Below are positions 1 through 12,479 of a DNA stretch of 64,000 nt, piece after piece. Under the pieces are notes generated by a model that was not told where the DNA came from, ran no database searches, and worked only from the letters and a program-made list of their open reading frames with translations. Each line of letters begins with the position of its first letter. The stretch's first letter is position 1. A program made the position numbers and the translations under genes. This DNA comes from Raillietiella orientalis (lineage: Eukaryota), in the NCBI GenBank assembly GCA_036172245.1, contig JAYWIR010000061.1, forward strand, positions 62,001-126,000. The letters run 5' to 3'.

Positions 1-559
1 AATTTCGATGGCAGGGCATTCCTTCTACGAGGAGTCATTCCAGGATTTTCCATCTGTGAAATCTGAGAACCGCAGGATTCAGAGACGAGTCCCATCGCTT
101 CTGATCGTCATGTTCCAATCCGCACCGCTTCTCAGACATGCTAAAGTTGTTATTCCCGGAATTCTCCTCCCCCCACGTTCTCTACTTCGCGTGCACTTAT
201 TGTGTAGCGGGACACGCGGCTGAGAAACATTCGACAATCGCTCCAGAAATATTTCATCTGGTCACACCAGGAAGTTTATTTCATAAAAATAAACCAGTTA
301 GGAGCACGCTGGTTCCCAACCGAAGACAAAAGATGTTCAGGGGGAGGACACTCAGGTCCAGATATCTGAAAGTCTGGAACGGGAAGGAGGGGAAGAGGGA
401 CAACAAAAAAGTGAAGAAATCTGGGAGGATTGGACGAGGGTTTTTGGGGTCGCTATGCATACACCAGAATGAAAATATGCAAACCGGAAAAGGTATGGAG
501 AGAAAGAGATTGGGAAATTAAAAAAAGCCAAAAAAAATAAAGGGAGACTGGGAACAATG

Positions 560-3500
560 ATCACCTGTGTCCACCGTTCCTTCACTTCAGAACCGGCACT
601 AGATGCCGGAGTTCTCCTTGCAGGTGAGGCCACCTTGCCGCCTCATACAAACAGCTGCCATTCCGTTGACCTCCCTTTGCTGCGTCATCGTCTCGAGCAT
701 GCGGCGAGCCGTGACGATGGCCCGGATGCAGCCAATGGTTGCGATCACCGCTCCCGTAGAGGGTCCTCCCGACGCGAAGAACCGTCTCGGCTGGTGCCCT
801 CCTGGTTCAGGAGCGCTGCCTCCACCACAGTTCCCACCGGGCACCGCTGTCCAAATGCAGGTGAGGCGGGATCGACTCCGCCAACGCGCACGCAACGCGC
901 ACCTGGCACAGTTCGGGGATGCTACCCCTATGGAAACGTTGTGCCGGAGCTCTTTTCACTGGAATTCCCAGTGGAGGAAGAGCAGCACAGACTGCTTTTC
1001 CAGGAGAGAAGGAACACTGATGCGTTCAGACATTGGGAAGGGACCACAAGCCCCTCGGGGACAACACTTAGAAGTGGATTTTACCGAAGGAGTTCCGTCT
1101 CCACGGTACGCTGAGTGGCAGCATCCACCAGCTCGCGCGTCTTTCAGACGCGAAGCAGTTTTGTTTTCTCTGCGATGGTGCAGGAAAGCTCACACCTCGC
1201 CGGTTGACAGCTGTCGCCGCTTGCCCTTAGGGCAGACAGCGCTGAGGCAAGGGGTGTCTACATCACCACATCTGAAGGTTGTGGTAGGAAGTGCCGCAGC
1301 GGTCGAAGCGCTTCCAGGGGTAACTCCTGAAATGCTTCCCAGGACTCCACAGACTTCTGCCGACAGGCATTTAAGTTCATCGGGAGGCAAAAGATTCATG
1401 GTTGGGCTTTCACTAGGAAGACTAGCTGTCTGAGGGGGAACTAGAAGCACCCCGTAATGAGTGCTCGGCAGCAAAAGAAGTGGTCCCTAAAACCAGATTG
1501 GTTATCAGCCATCTCTGGTTCCATGATCTGCGTCAGAACGATCGCCAAAAATTATTCTCTCCAGCAAACGGCAAGGAGTCAGTAGAGCTTGGATTCTGTC
1601 AGCGCTGCAAGGGGTGTTTGCATTCCTTCCGTCGCTCAAAAGAGTTTTACTTGGACCTGTTTTATTTTCGATACGAGCTCCTCGAAAAAATCTCTGGAGT
1701 GACGTAATGGAAGACTTTCCGGATAGCAACACGGGTTGGCCACCATTAGAATCGACAGCTGAGGAACGAAAACCGAAGGTCCTCTTGGTGTCTCTTGTTC
1801 TTTCAGGATCGTTCAGTGTGGCTTTCCAGATGAACGTTGCGAGGCGTTTTGCATGCAAATTATCGAAGAAGCAAAAGAAAGAAGAGTGAATTCGGAGAAG
1901 ACCATCTTGAGACGAGAAGTCTTTTAGTTTCCCGAGTAGAAAGCTTGGAAGGTGATGCAACACAAATGATGACCCAGTATAATGGTGAAACTACTGGGAT
2001 GCACTTTGATGGTGGATGCAACGGAACCGCGCTTTCCAGGACGGAGATCCCTCTAGTGATTTCCTGTGTGCTAAGATCAGAACTTCAAAATTCCTGAACT
2101 GCTATGACCAGAATAAATCGCTTCAGTGATGGAGGCTGTTCAATGACATGCACAGGAGTGATACTTTCGGTGTTCTCTGGCAAATTCTCTTTTGAGCGCT
2201 TTTGGTACTGCATCACGCAACGCAGGATTAATTATCAAGAGCAGCTTTTGAATCCTAGGTGCAGTGCAGCCGCGAGGTCAATGTAACGGTCTGGGAAATT
2301 TCCGAAGAAGGTTCACGAAATTGCCTTCACCTGACAAAAAGAGAGAGTTAATCATTTTTCTTTCTTTCAGCTTTAACACGAATGGATATCTTCCCGTCAG
2401 TGAGATATCATCCGCAAAAGGATTAAGGGTGAGGCGAAGAGCGTGAGTAATGCATGTTTCTTCACACGTCCCATGGTTCGTTGCTTCCTTGAATTCCGGA
2501 AGAATACATGAAAGTGATGCAAGCTCTTCTCCTCTCCCAGGCATGATGTGCACCTGTCTTCTGGTACTCAAATGAATGTTCCTATTTTCGCAGGCTGGTT
2601 CTCATTGGAGTGTTCAATCCGAGGGACTTCCCACAGGGAAGCGAATGTGGCAAGCTTCTGTTTCCCTAGAAATCCTTTCAGATCATTGAAATTTGTCTGA
2701 GATCCAGACTGCATCCGCAAATTTAGAAAGTAGGCGATAATGGAAATGAGGACATCCTTTCGGCATGACCTCGGATATACATAATGAGTTTTCTGATAGC
2801 AAATTAAAACCCCTGTGTGGTATCGTCATTAAAATATGTATGAAGAAAATCATGATGAGGTTTCATGTACGACTTGCGATTCTTTGCAAAGGAGATGTCA
2901 AAGATGAGGATAACAGGTTCTGAAGCTTCAGTTGATTTTCAGAAGCTAGCTTCCTCGACGGTGATGATGGGTTCATAGATAGCTGCAAAGTTTTGCAAGC
3001 CGGGAAGACATCATCAAGAAGTTCACTACATTCAATAAGGTTGGTGAATCTTTCCTCCTTCACGGCATACGCTCGAATGGATTTTGATCCACTCGTCGGT
3101 CAAAGTGGTCAAAATAATGACCGTGATGCAGTGAGGATGGAAACGATTCGGCAGTCCGTTGTCTTGGGAAAGCAATACATAGACAAAATGCCTGAAGCCA
3201 CAGCAAAAACATAAGAAGACTTTTCCAGCACCGAGAGCAGTAACGAAAAGATCTACGGAAGCTTCCACGCACCACCATTTTTAGTTTCATTCAGAAGCGT
3301 ATCTCGCGCACCAGAAGCGAGATTTATGCAGCTGTTGAGCACCAAAAGGTAAGCATGAAGGATATATAGTTTCGGATGGTGCTAATAAACCATATAGGTG
3401 TCGGATAAGAGCATCTGGTTTTGCATATTCCCAAGCACTAGACCTTATGACAAGAAGACACATGTTTGCTGACGTTGCAGCAACTATTAGTTCAGTCGAC

Positions 3501-6500
3501 ATAGTTTCTGGTGAGATTGGTGGCAGCAGTAGCCTCAGAAACTCAGCTGATGGGCAGGATGTCTTTTTTTAAAAAACTGCATGAATTCATTGGCATTTCG
3601 ATAATTCTGATCACAAGATCGCAGTCAGCAGTAGAGCATTTTACATGGTCAACTCCTACAGCTTCTGGATTTCTGATATTTGCTCCTTGGATGATATGCC
3701 TGAGCCCCGAATTGCCAAGATGGGTCCAAGCACTATGGCTGATTCCACAGGGGCAAGTTTATTGCCTTAGCAGTTATTATGGCGTCGACTTTTAAAGTTT
3801 GGTACTTTACGGAGTTTGCAAACTTTTTCAGAGGATGAATCACTGAAACCGATCCGACCGTCTCTGCAACTGCATCTGAACTGCTACAACCGAAGAGCTT
3901 AGCGAATCTATCGCGCCTGATCAGGGAAAATGTTTCGAATCCATGATGAAGCATGTTTCTGGCTGAAGGAACGATATGAGCACCTCCCTACAGCAAATAG
4001 GTTGCTTCGGCAAAGCATTCCGAATACGAACAACGAACAGAGCAGAAGAGAACTCAGATTATCGTTCGATTATCGATTCGGCATCCACGGTCACGATTTC
4101 ATGTGAAAATTCTCTTAAGGTGAAGTCTTGATGCTTGCTGTGCGGAACATTTATTTCTACGGTCCAGTTAACGAGTCTGGTTCCAAAGGAATCGGGCAGT
4201 CGCCACCGCGGGATTAGATGCAGTCTTCTGGAATTAGCGAGGAACACACTTTGAACACTCCCTTGGACGAATCTTGTCCCGAACATGCGCTCTGCCCTGT
4301 GTCCAACAGTAAGCCCTGGAGCAGTCGTTCTGATGTCAGCCTTTGAAGGGTGGAAGCCCCAGGACTCTCGTATCGACCGGAAATTTGTGGTGCTCACGGA
4401 CTTTGTGGCAATCCTGCAGTCTTTCGCCTTTCTTCCGGTGCTCCCCTTTTGAGGAATAGGAAAAATCACACACGAGAATTATGCCCTCAGGAAGGCTGCA
4501 AGATGCGGCTGCGCGCGCGCTAGCGATGGCCTCTAGAGGACTCTGTTGCTTTCCCGGAATTTTCATTTCTTCTGCTATCTCAGTCTGTACATTCGAAGAA
4601 GCAGGGGGGAGAAAATTCCCGTTTTCACATACCCTTGTATTTGCTTCTACATCTCAGCCCCCATCCGCCATCACTTTTCTTCTTCTCCAGCTGAGCTGAA
4701 TGATCACTATGGAAAGCGCAGTGAACAACATGGCTTCGTACCGACATACTTGCCGACGTTCCGATTGTATGAATTCGCTTCAGTGAGCTTCGAGAACCGT
4801 GAAAGAGGAGCACTTCGGAAATCGTTTCCCATCTGCCTACTGGTTCCGTCCGTGTCAACCACCCCCTCAGACACTCTGGGAGTGCCTGCGTGTAACAAAG
4901 CACTCATCACTTGGAGTAATTGCTCCAAATTTCTCATCAGCGTTCTCAGCTCCGTCATTCACGGAACCTTGAAAAGTTCTGCTATGGTTTTAGAACCCAC
5001 GGGCAGAAAACTCCCTCTCTATCAGTCGGAGCTCTCCCGTTACAATCTGCTTCCTAGACGTTCGTGGGTATAGGTTTGGCTTCATGGTTAGCCAGAGGGG
5101 AAACTTCACTAGTCGCAAAACCCGAAGGGTCACTATGCCAACGGGTGTCAGGATTCAAAATGGAACCTTGCCCAGCGTTGAAACCAGTCGAGTTCGCTGG
5201 ACGAAAACGGGAGCACATGGCAGACGGGCACGTTACCTGCGATAGAATGGCAGTCAGAGCTGGTTGAACTCCAAGGAAACTATATCGGGCCGGATTCTGT
5301 GCACCTGTTCCAAGAGTCCACTTGGATCCCTCAGCAATCGCTGTGCAGTTTCAGTCTTTTCCTTGCAATGAGTTTCTGCTCCTTTTGATTTTCAACAGAG
5401 ATCTCCAGATTTGGATTCCATCCAGTTGTGTAAAGTCCTCATTTCTCGCTTATGAGTGAACCGGCGTTGAAGATTTAGCGTCCAGCAGGAGATTCCTCCG
5501 AGCAGATAGAATCGATCTCGCCCATGGGCGAGAGGATAGCAAAACAGCACGAAATTTGAATTTTCCACTAACCAGTATCTTTTTTCTTGCTTGATGTTGA
5601 CAAAAGTTCCGTCCAAGTCCATCCTCTCTCGTGATGGAATTTTGATTTTTCTTTTACTTAATCCAGAAACTTTCACTTTGGATTTTTGTTCCTCTGATGT
5701 TAAAGAGTACTCGGAGAGTGTTGGATCCTTCTTTTGATCTTCCCATATACATGATTTGTCGAGGTACAGCATCCAGATTACGATACTCCAGCAAGACGCT
5801 TCAATTCTCTTTAAAACTCATTCCACATCGAAGGCCATCAAAGTCCACACTATTGAAAATACTGTGCCAGATGAAAATTCTGCTCCTCACCTTAGCCAAC
5901 TCCTTTGGTTTCCCCCGAGTTTCGACGTTCTCCTTTGAGACCACGGTTCCACTGGAGGTGCAGCACTGGTGTTTCCATTCCGTAGTCCGGCTCAAATGGC
6001 CCTTACTATTGAACCTGGAAAGCAGGAGGATCTCTGAAGCCAGCAGACATGCCTTGGACCCCAAAGGTCGTTGAAAACCTTATTTGGGTTCAGGGATACC
6101 TTGAAATCCTCTCCCAGTTTACGATCGAAAACAAGGAGTCGAACGCAGTCTGGTTTCCACAAGATGCATTCGCGTTTTTCCCGAGGTGAAGAAAACTTCG
6201 AATGGAGTTAACCAAAGGAGGCAGCGATTGCAGTAGCCGTCTGCGTAGAAACCGAGTGAGCAAAGCAGGAAGCGATTGCCGAATATCTACAAATTGCTGA
6301 TATCCCGTGTCATTCACACTCAAAAGGCAGCTAGATTTTGTACGTGTATTGGTTAACAGCTTGTACACAAAGTTCTCGCCGGAAGGAAAGAGTTCGTGAA
6401 AACTAAGAAATTCCCAAACATTTTTCCTATTATGTATTTCCCTTCCGTTTAGCGTGCTTCCCTCGATCTTTTTGTATCGCCCCAAATCAAGAGCTCCTTT

Positions 6501-7230
6501 TCTTTACACGTAGGTTTCCCATTGCTGCGGTTTGCCGTGAATGTGGAGCGGCCCGATGAAAATTTGAGTTGGGAGCAAAGGAAGCCGTGGCCAGGTCAGC
6601 CTCTCTCTGGAAAGATCCTTCACGTGACTCTTGAGCGGGTGCAATGGCCAAACCCCCTGAATTCGCGACCATCTTTCGCTCCAAACCTTCCGATTCCTGA
6701 AGGCGGTTCGGATGTTCACCCAATGGTTTTGACTCCAGAAGGATCGAAGGAAAGAGTCAAATGCCGGAGGATCTCAACAAAACCCGCACGGCAAAAACAT
6801 GACCCCACTGTCAGTCTCCGCTAGAGATGATCGATGACCTAACGTTAGATGAAAAAGGGAGATGCATCCGAAACGGATACCGGCATAAGCTCTTCAAGTG
6901 AGTGAAATCATCTCAGATCAGGCAACAGCTGGAGAAAGGCTTTTCCAGGAAGCAGAACCAAGATCCGGTAAAACCGTCTAGGCAGGATTATCACGTCCTC
7001 GTTGCTGAGGAGAGGTCTCCCACTGATGTCTCCAAGAAATGGTTCACCTCCCCAGCTGACCCCCAAAATCTGTTTTTCTTGCAGACGTGGAAGCTTCTAG
7101 TGTGTCGTTTTTCAGACTGCGATCCTAAACAGAGCTGCCCACGAGGCATAAAGAGCTTTTTCCTCCTTTTTCTAATTTTCCCTTTTTGTCCATCCTCTGC
7201 CTGGATCCTCTCCCTATTCCTCTGACATTT
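560..7230 (-). pseudogene. Long decayed spliced gene, product uncertain (possible helicase/NTPase family)
   Basis: Chain of 60-150 aa minus-strand ORF pieces broken by stops and frameshifts, with residual splice sites (for example a 234-nt open exon at 1429-1196). Weak motifs FSKLTEANSYNRNV and FFRGAR. Confidence 0.4.
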
Positions 7231-9867
7231 TTCTGGAGATGAATGCAATGCATACAAGTCCATACATGCACTAATGTATGTCTGAAAATCGTTTGCTGCC
7301 TCAGTTTCAACTTATTGTATATAGATTAGTTAAACACATATCAAAATGACGTAGTTATTTGGCGTTAAGAAACGTTGGTGTTTGACAGTCACTTATGAAC
7401 GCATGCGACCGAAACACAATACATTCGTTGGAAGCAAATTCGCTTTAGTGATGAATGCATGGTTTTCATTCAAAAAAATATTTGATGCTAAAAATTATTA
7501 TATTCTTATGCTTGAATAAGTTCTTAGTGATACCGATGTATACGTAATGTCCGTAATGTAACGCAGATTTATACGCTTACATGTGCATTGTGGTTCATGC
7601 ATTGACGCACGTAATTTGCTTCAAGTTTAGGCGCCCCCTCATCCTACTTTGCTAAGGAATACATTGTATTACGTGTGTTTGCATCCCTGTGTACTACTTG
7701 TAACAACATACGTTTGTATAACGTTCAACTACACAGCAGTGCACGCACAGTCAAAGAATGAGAAAAAAACACGTGAATGGTATGAAGGGATGAATGAAGC
7801 GCTTTTCCATCACGCAGGCTGGTTAGGTCACTCGATCCATGGCGACCCAAAGTGCACCTGACCCTTTCGTCTGCGCGTGTCCCTTCAGAATGAGTCTATA
7901 GCCTGTGGTTTGTAGCGATATCACGTGATCGCTCTTCGTGAGTCGAGAGCGCCCTCTGTTACGAGTGGCAAGGCTTGTCGTGGTGACCACACGGATTCTG
8001 GCAACGAAGGGATCAGCTTATAAGCCCGAGCTCCGATCCCTCCCGGAACTGGAAGGGATGCGATTATCGAATTGGGAGCCCCCTTCCGGAAACCACTCCC
8101 TCTGCTTGGAGCGCATGAGGAGAATGAGTAAGCACTTCACGTGATGAAATGGGGAGTGCAAGCAGCTATCGTCTCCAGCGGAAAAGTTGGAGTCTTCAGG
8201 TACCAGGGAAGATGTGCTGTAAGACCACAGGAGGCCTTCGTCTCGAACGCAGCGGTTACCATCGACGGAGCATCACCGGTCCTCATTGCCATACGAAGGC
8301 GCGTAGGCTCTGCGGTGAGCTCATGCTTGGCTGCCCTGAGGAACGAGGGCAAAAAAGGACACCTCTGTCCTTTCTTCTTACTGTGCTTGAAAATGGGGTC
8401 GCGGACTCAGCTATTTCCGTGTTTATGACGATAATGCTTGCTGCTTGAAACTGGAGTTTGAGTGAGGATGTTTGCTGTGCAGAGAAGGTGGAGCATTATT
8501 AGCAGAAAGAAACCAGAAACTCTGGTAGTCACTATGCCCCAGGCAAACGGTCTAGGAGACGGCTCGTTGTTATCGCCTGCGCCTTTTGGTTGCGTGCAAG
8601 ACGGGTCCAAGCTCAGAGAAGGAGGCGAGAATGAATCCGAGAAGTAGCGGATCGAGCAGTCTCAGGAGAATTTCGTTTGGGGCAATGAATTTTCAAGTCC
8701 TTGGGTGGCGCCAGCCGATCCACAGGGATCTCTGCAGGCAGGGAGTTCCCTAGCATCTCTTGACTGCACTTCCAGGTCACGTTTTAGATTACCCAAGACC
8801 CGCCACAAATGGATCGAAAACATCACGTCGGTTGAGTGGATCAGCGAAGGTCTAATTAAGTGGACAAAGACCAGTCCGAATGGTAGCCACTGTTTTGAAG
8901 AACGACGGTGATCACATCATCAGTGGCGCTGGCTGAAATTTGAAGTGGGAAACAGAAAAGCCCTACGGGCTAGGGACCTTTCTACTCTCTCACCTAGGAA
9001 TCCACTCGGTCCCGTAAGCACATGCATCCAAGAAGTACCTCGAGAGGAAAGCAAACATTCCAGTGAAACGGAACTGGATAGCGCGTATTCTTTCATCTCT
9101 GAATCCTTGATAGGGGCCACTGAATGAGGAGTGACGGATTCGGGAGTCTGAGCAGATCTCGAAGGTAAGACCTTTCTCTTGGACCACGTAACATAAGGAA
9201 AGGAAAGGTAGATCGTGAAAGCTGGAGAGCTGATGGGCAGCCGCCAAGACATAAGAAGCGCTGGGGACGGAAGAAGCCACCCGAGATTCACCCTCAGAAT
9301 GAAGCAGATGAAGAATGCACCAACGCGCACTCCATTAGACTCGGAGGAAACAATCACGCAGATTATCTAACCACAGACAACCACTTACTACTACCTTATA
9401 ACACGATAATTCGCATTATCATTACATCATCAGACGTTCTTCATTCATGAACTATCCCCTCACTAGGCGAGACTGCTTGTCGGAATGACATCCAGAGAGA
9501 AACATAAAACCGGAACATCAGAAGCAACGGACCAAAGTTTTCATCCCGTATTGTAACATCCGATCGATGCTCCACATTTCCAATGAACAAATCAGCAAAG
9601 CTTCCCAGCAGCTCCAAAACAAGAACGCAGCAAAGCATGAAGCTTTCCTTCCGAGGCAACTTTGGAACGCCAAATGTCATGAGGTCGGAACCATCAAATA
9701 AGCATTCGTTCGCTTCCCTACGAGTCTCTATCAGTGCTTTGTCCCATGAAAGACGGCGGGTAGCTTGCTTCCAGTTATTCCTGGGATCCGCCGTGATATT
9801 GGAACCGGGCGGCTCTGGAAAAGGGAAAGAACTGGTCAAGCGTTCGTGAAAACCGCAAGCCGTGCTG

Positions 9868-10132
9868 AATAGGGAGGGAATCACCGGCTCGTTGATGTTC
9901 TGGAAGGACCCCGGATGGTCATCTTCCAATCCCGGCCAGTCAGCAGAGGCATCCGATGGCTTCCGAATTCCACCAGCGCCGCCCCACTCGAAGCCAACCG
10001 AGGCCAAGCAGCGTCATTCTGCAGTGGGGAACTCGAAACCCACGGAGCGCCTATTTGCTGGTGCGGTTCGAAGCCGCATCGCTCGGTGCCACGCGCGCGG
10101 AGACCGCAGCCACACGGCCTCCAACGCGGGCC
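9868..10132 (-). mobile_element. tRNA-derived SINE copy A (head plus conserved core, 3'-truncated)
   Basis: Minus strand has an A-box-like TGGAGGCCGTGTGG, a CGTGGCAC loop, a degenerate B box, and the core TGACTGGCCGGGATTGGAAG..TCCGGGGTCCTTCCAG shared with the other copies. Confidence 0.75.
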
Positions 10133-10739
10133 AAAAATCAAACCCCAGAGCACACGAGCTGCAGCAGGGGTGGAGTAGATTGGGGAAGATTTTTCTGGTT
10201 GCCACCCGGGTTGAGATGGCAAAGATCTTAAGCATGGTTTCCCATTTGAACGCTCGAGCGACTGAACCAGTTCCAGAAATCATAATAGGCATGCCAATCG
10301 TAAATAACGAAAAATCACTTCTGCTTGCCAAGCGGCTCGTGTCGGAGGAAATGACTGAGCTCTCGAAAACAGACGGCTTCCTCGGATCTGTACCAAAAGG
10401 ATTTTTTCGCAAGCCCTGCCTAATCTGCAAAAAAGTTCTTAGATCACTGGTGAGCACCGAGGATAATTTGTGTTTTCCGGACAAACCCTGGGGAAATCCT
10501 CCACCATGAATGGCACCCCTGATTTTTGAATCTTCCGATTCGGATGGCTTCTTCGCACTGTTGGGACGAAGAAGCAGGACAATGGACGTGCTCCTTTGGA
10601 AAGTCAGCACGAGTCTGTTGGTCCTCGAGTCCTCTGCCCCCCTGGTCCGCGTTGGGTTCCCATCCATTCTTCCCGAGGCCCTAACGTTTTCGGTTGCCAC
10701 AGTTTCCGCGGACTCGAGTCGGAGAGTTTCGGAGCAAGG

Positions 10740-11640
10740 CTTTCCAGAACTTTCCCCTCATGATTTGGCACCTTTCGTGAGTGGGACGATCTGTTTATCT
10801 TGAAGGATGAACCGGGAACTCGACGCGAACTCGGAAATCCTGCTGCGTCGGAGGGCATCGTTCTTGATCCCGTACCCGAGAACAAAGCCCAGAAAAGATC
10901 AGCAAAGTGCCTCTTCGCTGCCATCTTCACTCAGAGAAGGCGGGGAGACACGAACTCACGAGCTGGAAATGACAAAGAAGCTTGATGGAGGCCCGGTCCC
11001 CAGCTTCGTGCACTTTTACTCGCTGTTTCCTCCTACTCCTCCTTCTCCTGTAAGCAGGACACGCACTTGAGTCAAGTGCTTGCATTCAAACGTTAAAATC
11101 GGAGTCCTCCACGGACCAGGATGAAATCTCCGCCCACAATCCACCCGAATTTAGGATTCTGGTGGGCTGCGCGCGAACGTCAGTCGCTCTCCATGCGTTC
11201 TGGTCCTTCCCAGAAGCATAGGCAGGGTCCGGCAGCTCCTCCTGCAGCATTCGGGAAAGGAGAGGGAACAGCAGGGACCTGCCTGCAAGGACACTCACGA
11301 AAGTGCTGAAGCGATTTCCGATGGGACTGGCATCTTGTGCTGCATACCTCGGAATGGAGACAGCGCGCATCCGAGTAGAGCGCAGCACCAGAGAAGTCGC
11401 CTCTGCTCTCACATCGGGTGGGGCGAGTTCCCAGGTAGGCCCGTCCTCCCAAAGCCCCATGAGGGATGAGTTCGCAAGCATCTGCAGCCAGTTGCAGAGC
11501 AGGTGGGTGGCTCCTCATTCTCCCCTCTGTGTGTTCCCAACTTTCGGTGCAGCTGAACAGGCGGACGATCTAAAAGTCGGAGATTTCCGCGTGGCACCAG
11601 GGATTGCGGTAAGAGGAACAGCTCGACGAAGACTCTTAAC
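10740..11640 (+). pseudogene. Decayed NB-ARC/STAND-like fragment
   Basis: FRILVGCARTSVA (iLiTtR-like), RVRQLLLQHSG and KVLKRFPMGLASCAAYLG (GLPLAL..AAY-like) occur in order across frameshifts. Confidence 0.3.
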
Positions 11641-11649
11641 ACAGTGCAT

Positions 11650-12356
11650 GGTCCACAGAATGCTGAAGAAGCGTTTGTCTACTTAGGGGGGATCCACGAA
11701 GCTCTTCAAGCACCGTCCACGTCACCAGAGGGTGTATCTGACTCTTCAAGCTATGGGGGGTACTCCGGAAGGAGAATACTCTATGGATCCAGGAAGAGCT
11801 CCGGAGGAAGGATTCCGTTCCTCTCAAGCTTGATAGGGAACCTTGAAATGAACCTCTTCGTTATTCTCTTCGGAGGGATCTCCAGGAGGAAGTCACTCCT
11901 CTGTTCTTCTCCGAAGGGAATCTGAGAGAGAACTACTACTTGCTTTTTCCTCTGAGGAAAACCCTGAAGGGACTCTTCCAGATTCCTCTGAAAGGAGCTC
12001 CCCGAAGGGAGGGCTTCTGACCCCTGAGGGAGGTATCAACCAGATCCATGCAACGCCATGAAGGGTCTCTCCCGAGGAAGGGAAGGGAGAGAGGACTGCA
12101 TTTTTACAACCGGATCGGAACCTCGAAGAGAATCGGCTCCTCTGATCCCTGGAAGGATCCCCAGAAGTTCAACTTCCGATCCCGGCCAGTGAAGGGGAGC
12201 ATCCAGGGACAACCAGCCAGCGTCGTCCTGCTAGGGGACTCGAAACCTACGACACACCCATTTGTCTACATCGGCTCTTCCTCAGGCGGGATTCGAACCC
12301 GCAGCTCTTGGTGCCACGCGCAGAGGCCGCAACCATACGGTCGCCAACGCGGGTCC
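11650..12356 (-). mobile_element. tRNA-derived SINE copy B (near full length, about 700 bp)
   Basis: Perfect B box GGTTCGAATCC (reverse complement of 12289-12299) and A-box-like TGGCGACCGTATGG. Core, internal repeat array and 3' end align by eye with copies C, D and E. Confidence 0.8.
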
Positions 12357-12479
12357 AGCTCGGCCAAGACGCGGCACAAACGATGCACACTCCTCATTCT
12401 GTATTGATGGTCAACTTGGCGATAGAGCTGCAGGAGCAGTCGGGAATGAGCCGTGCGTTCCCGTGTGATCAGTCAGCTC

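Noticed and set aside
780..902. PDZ- or Mib/HERC2-like peptide VRVGGVDPASPA on the minus strand
   Set aside because: Too short and followed by stops; it cannot be distinguished from chance.
2380..2430. FADDISLTG as an RT catalytic motif
   Set aside because: No convincing flanking RT motifs (RPISL, AFD, QG, YLG) at the right spacing.
12280..12356. Functional tRNA-His gene
   Set aside because: No proper acceptor stem or cloverleaf. It is embedded in a multi-copy 700-bp element, so it is a SINE head.
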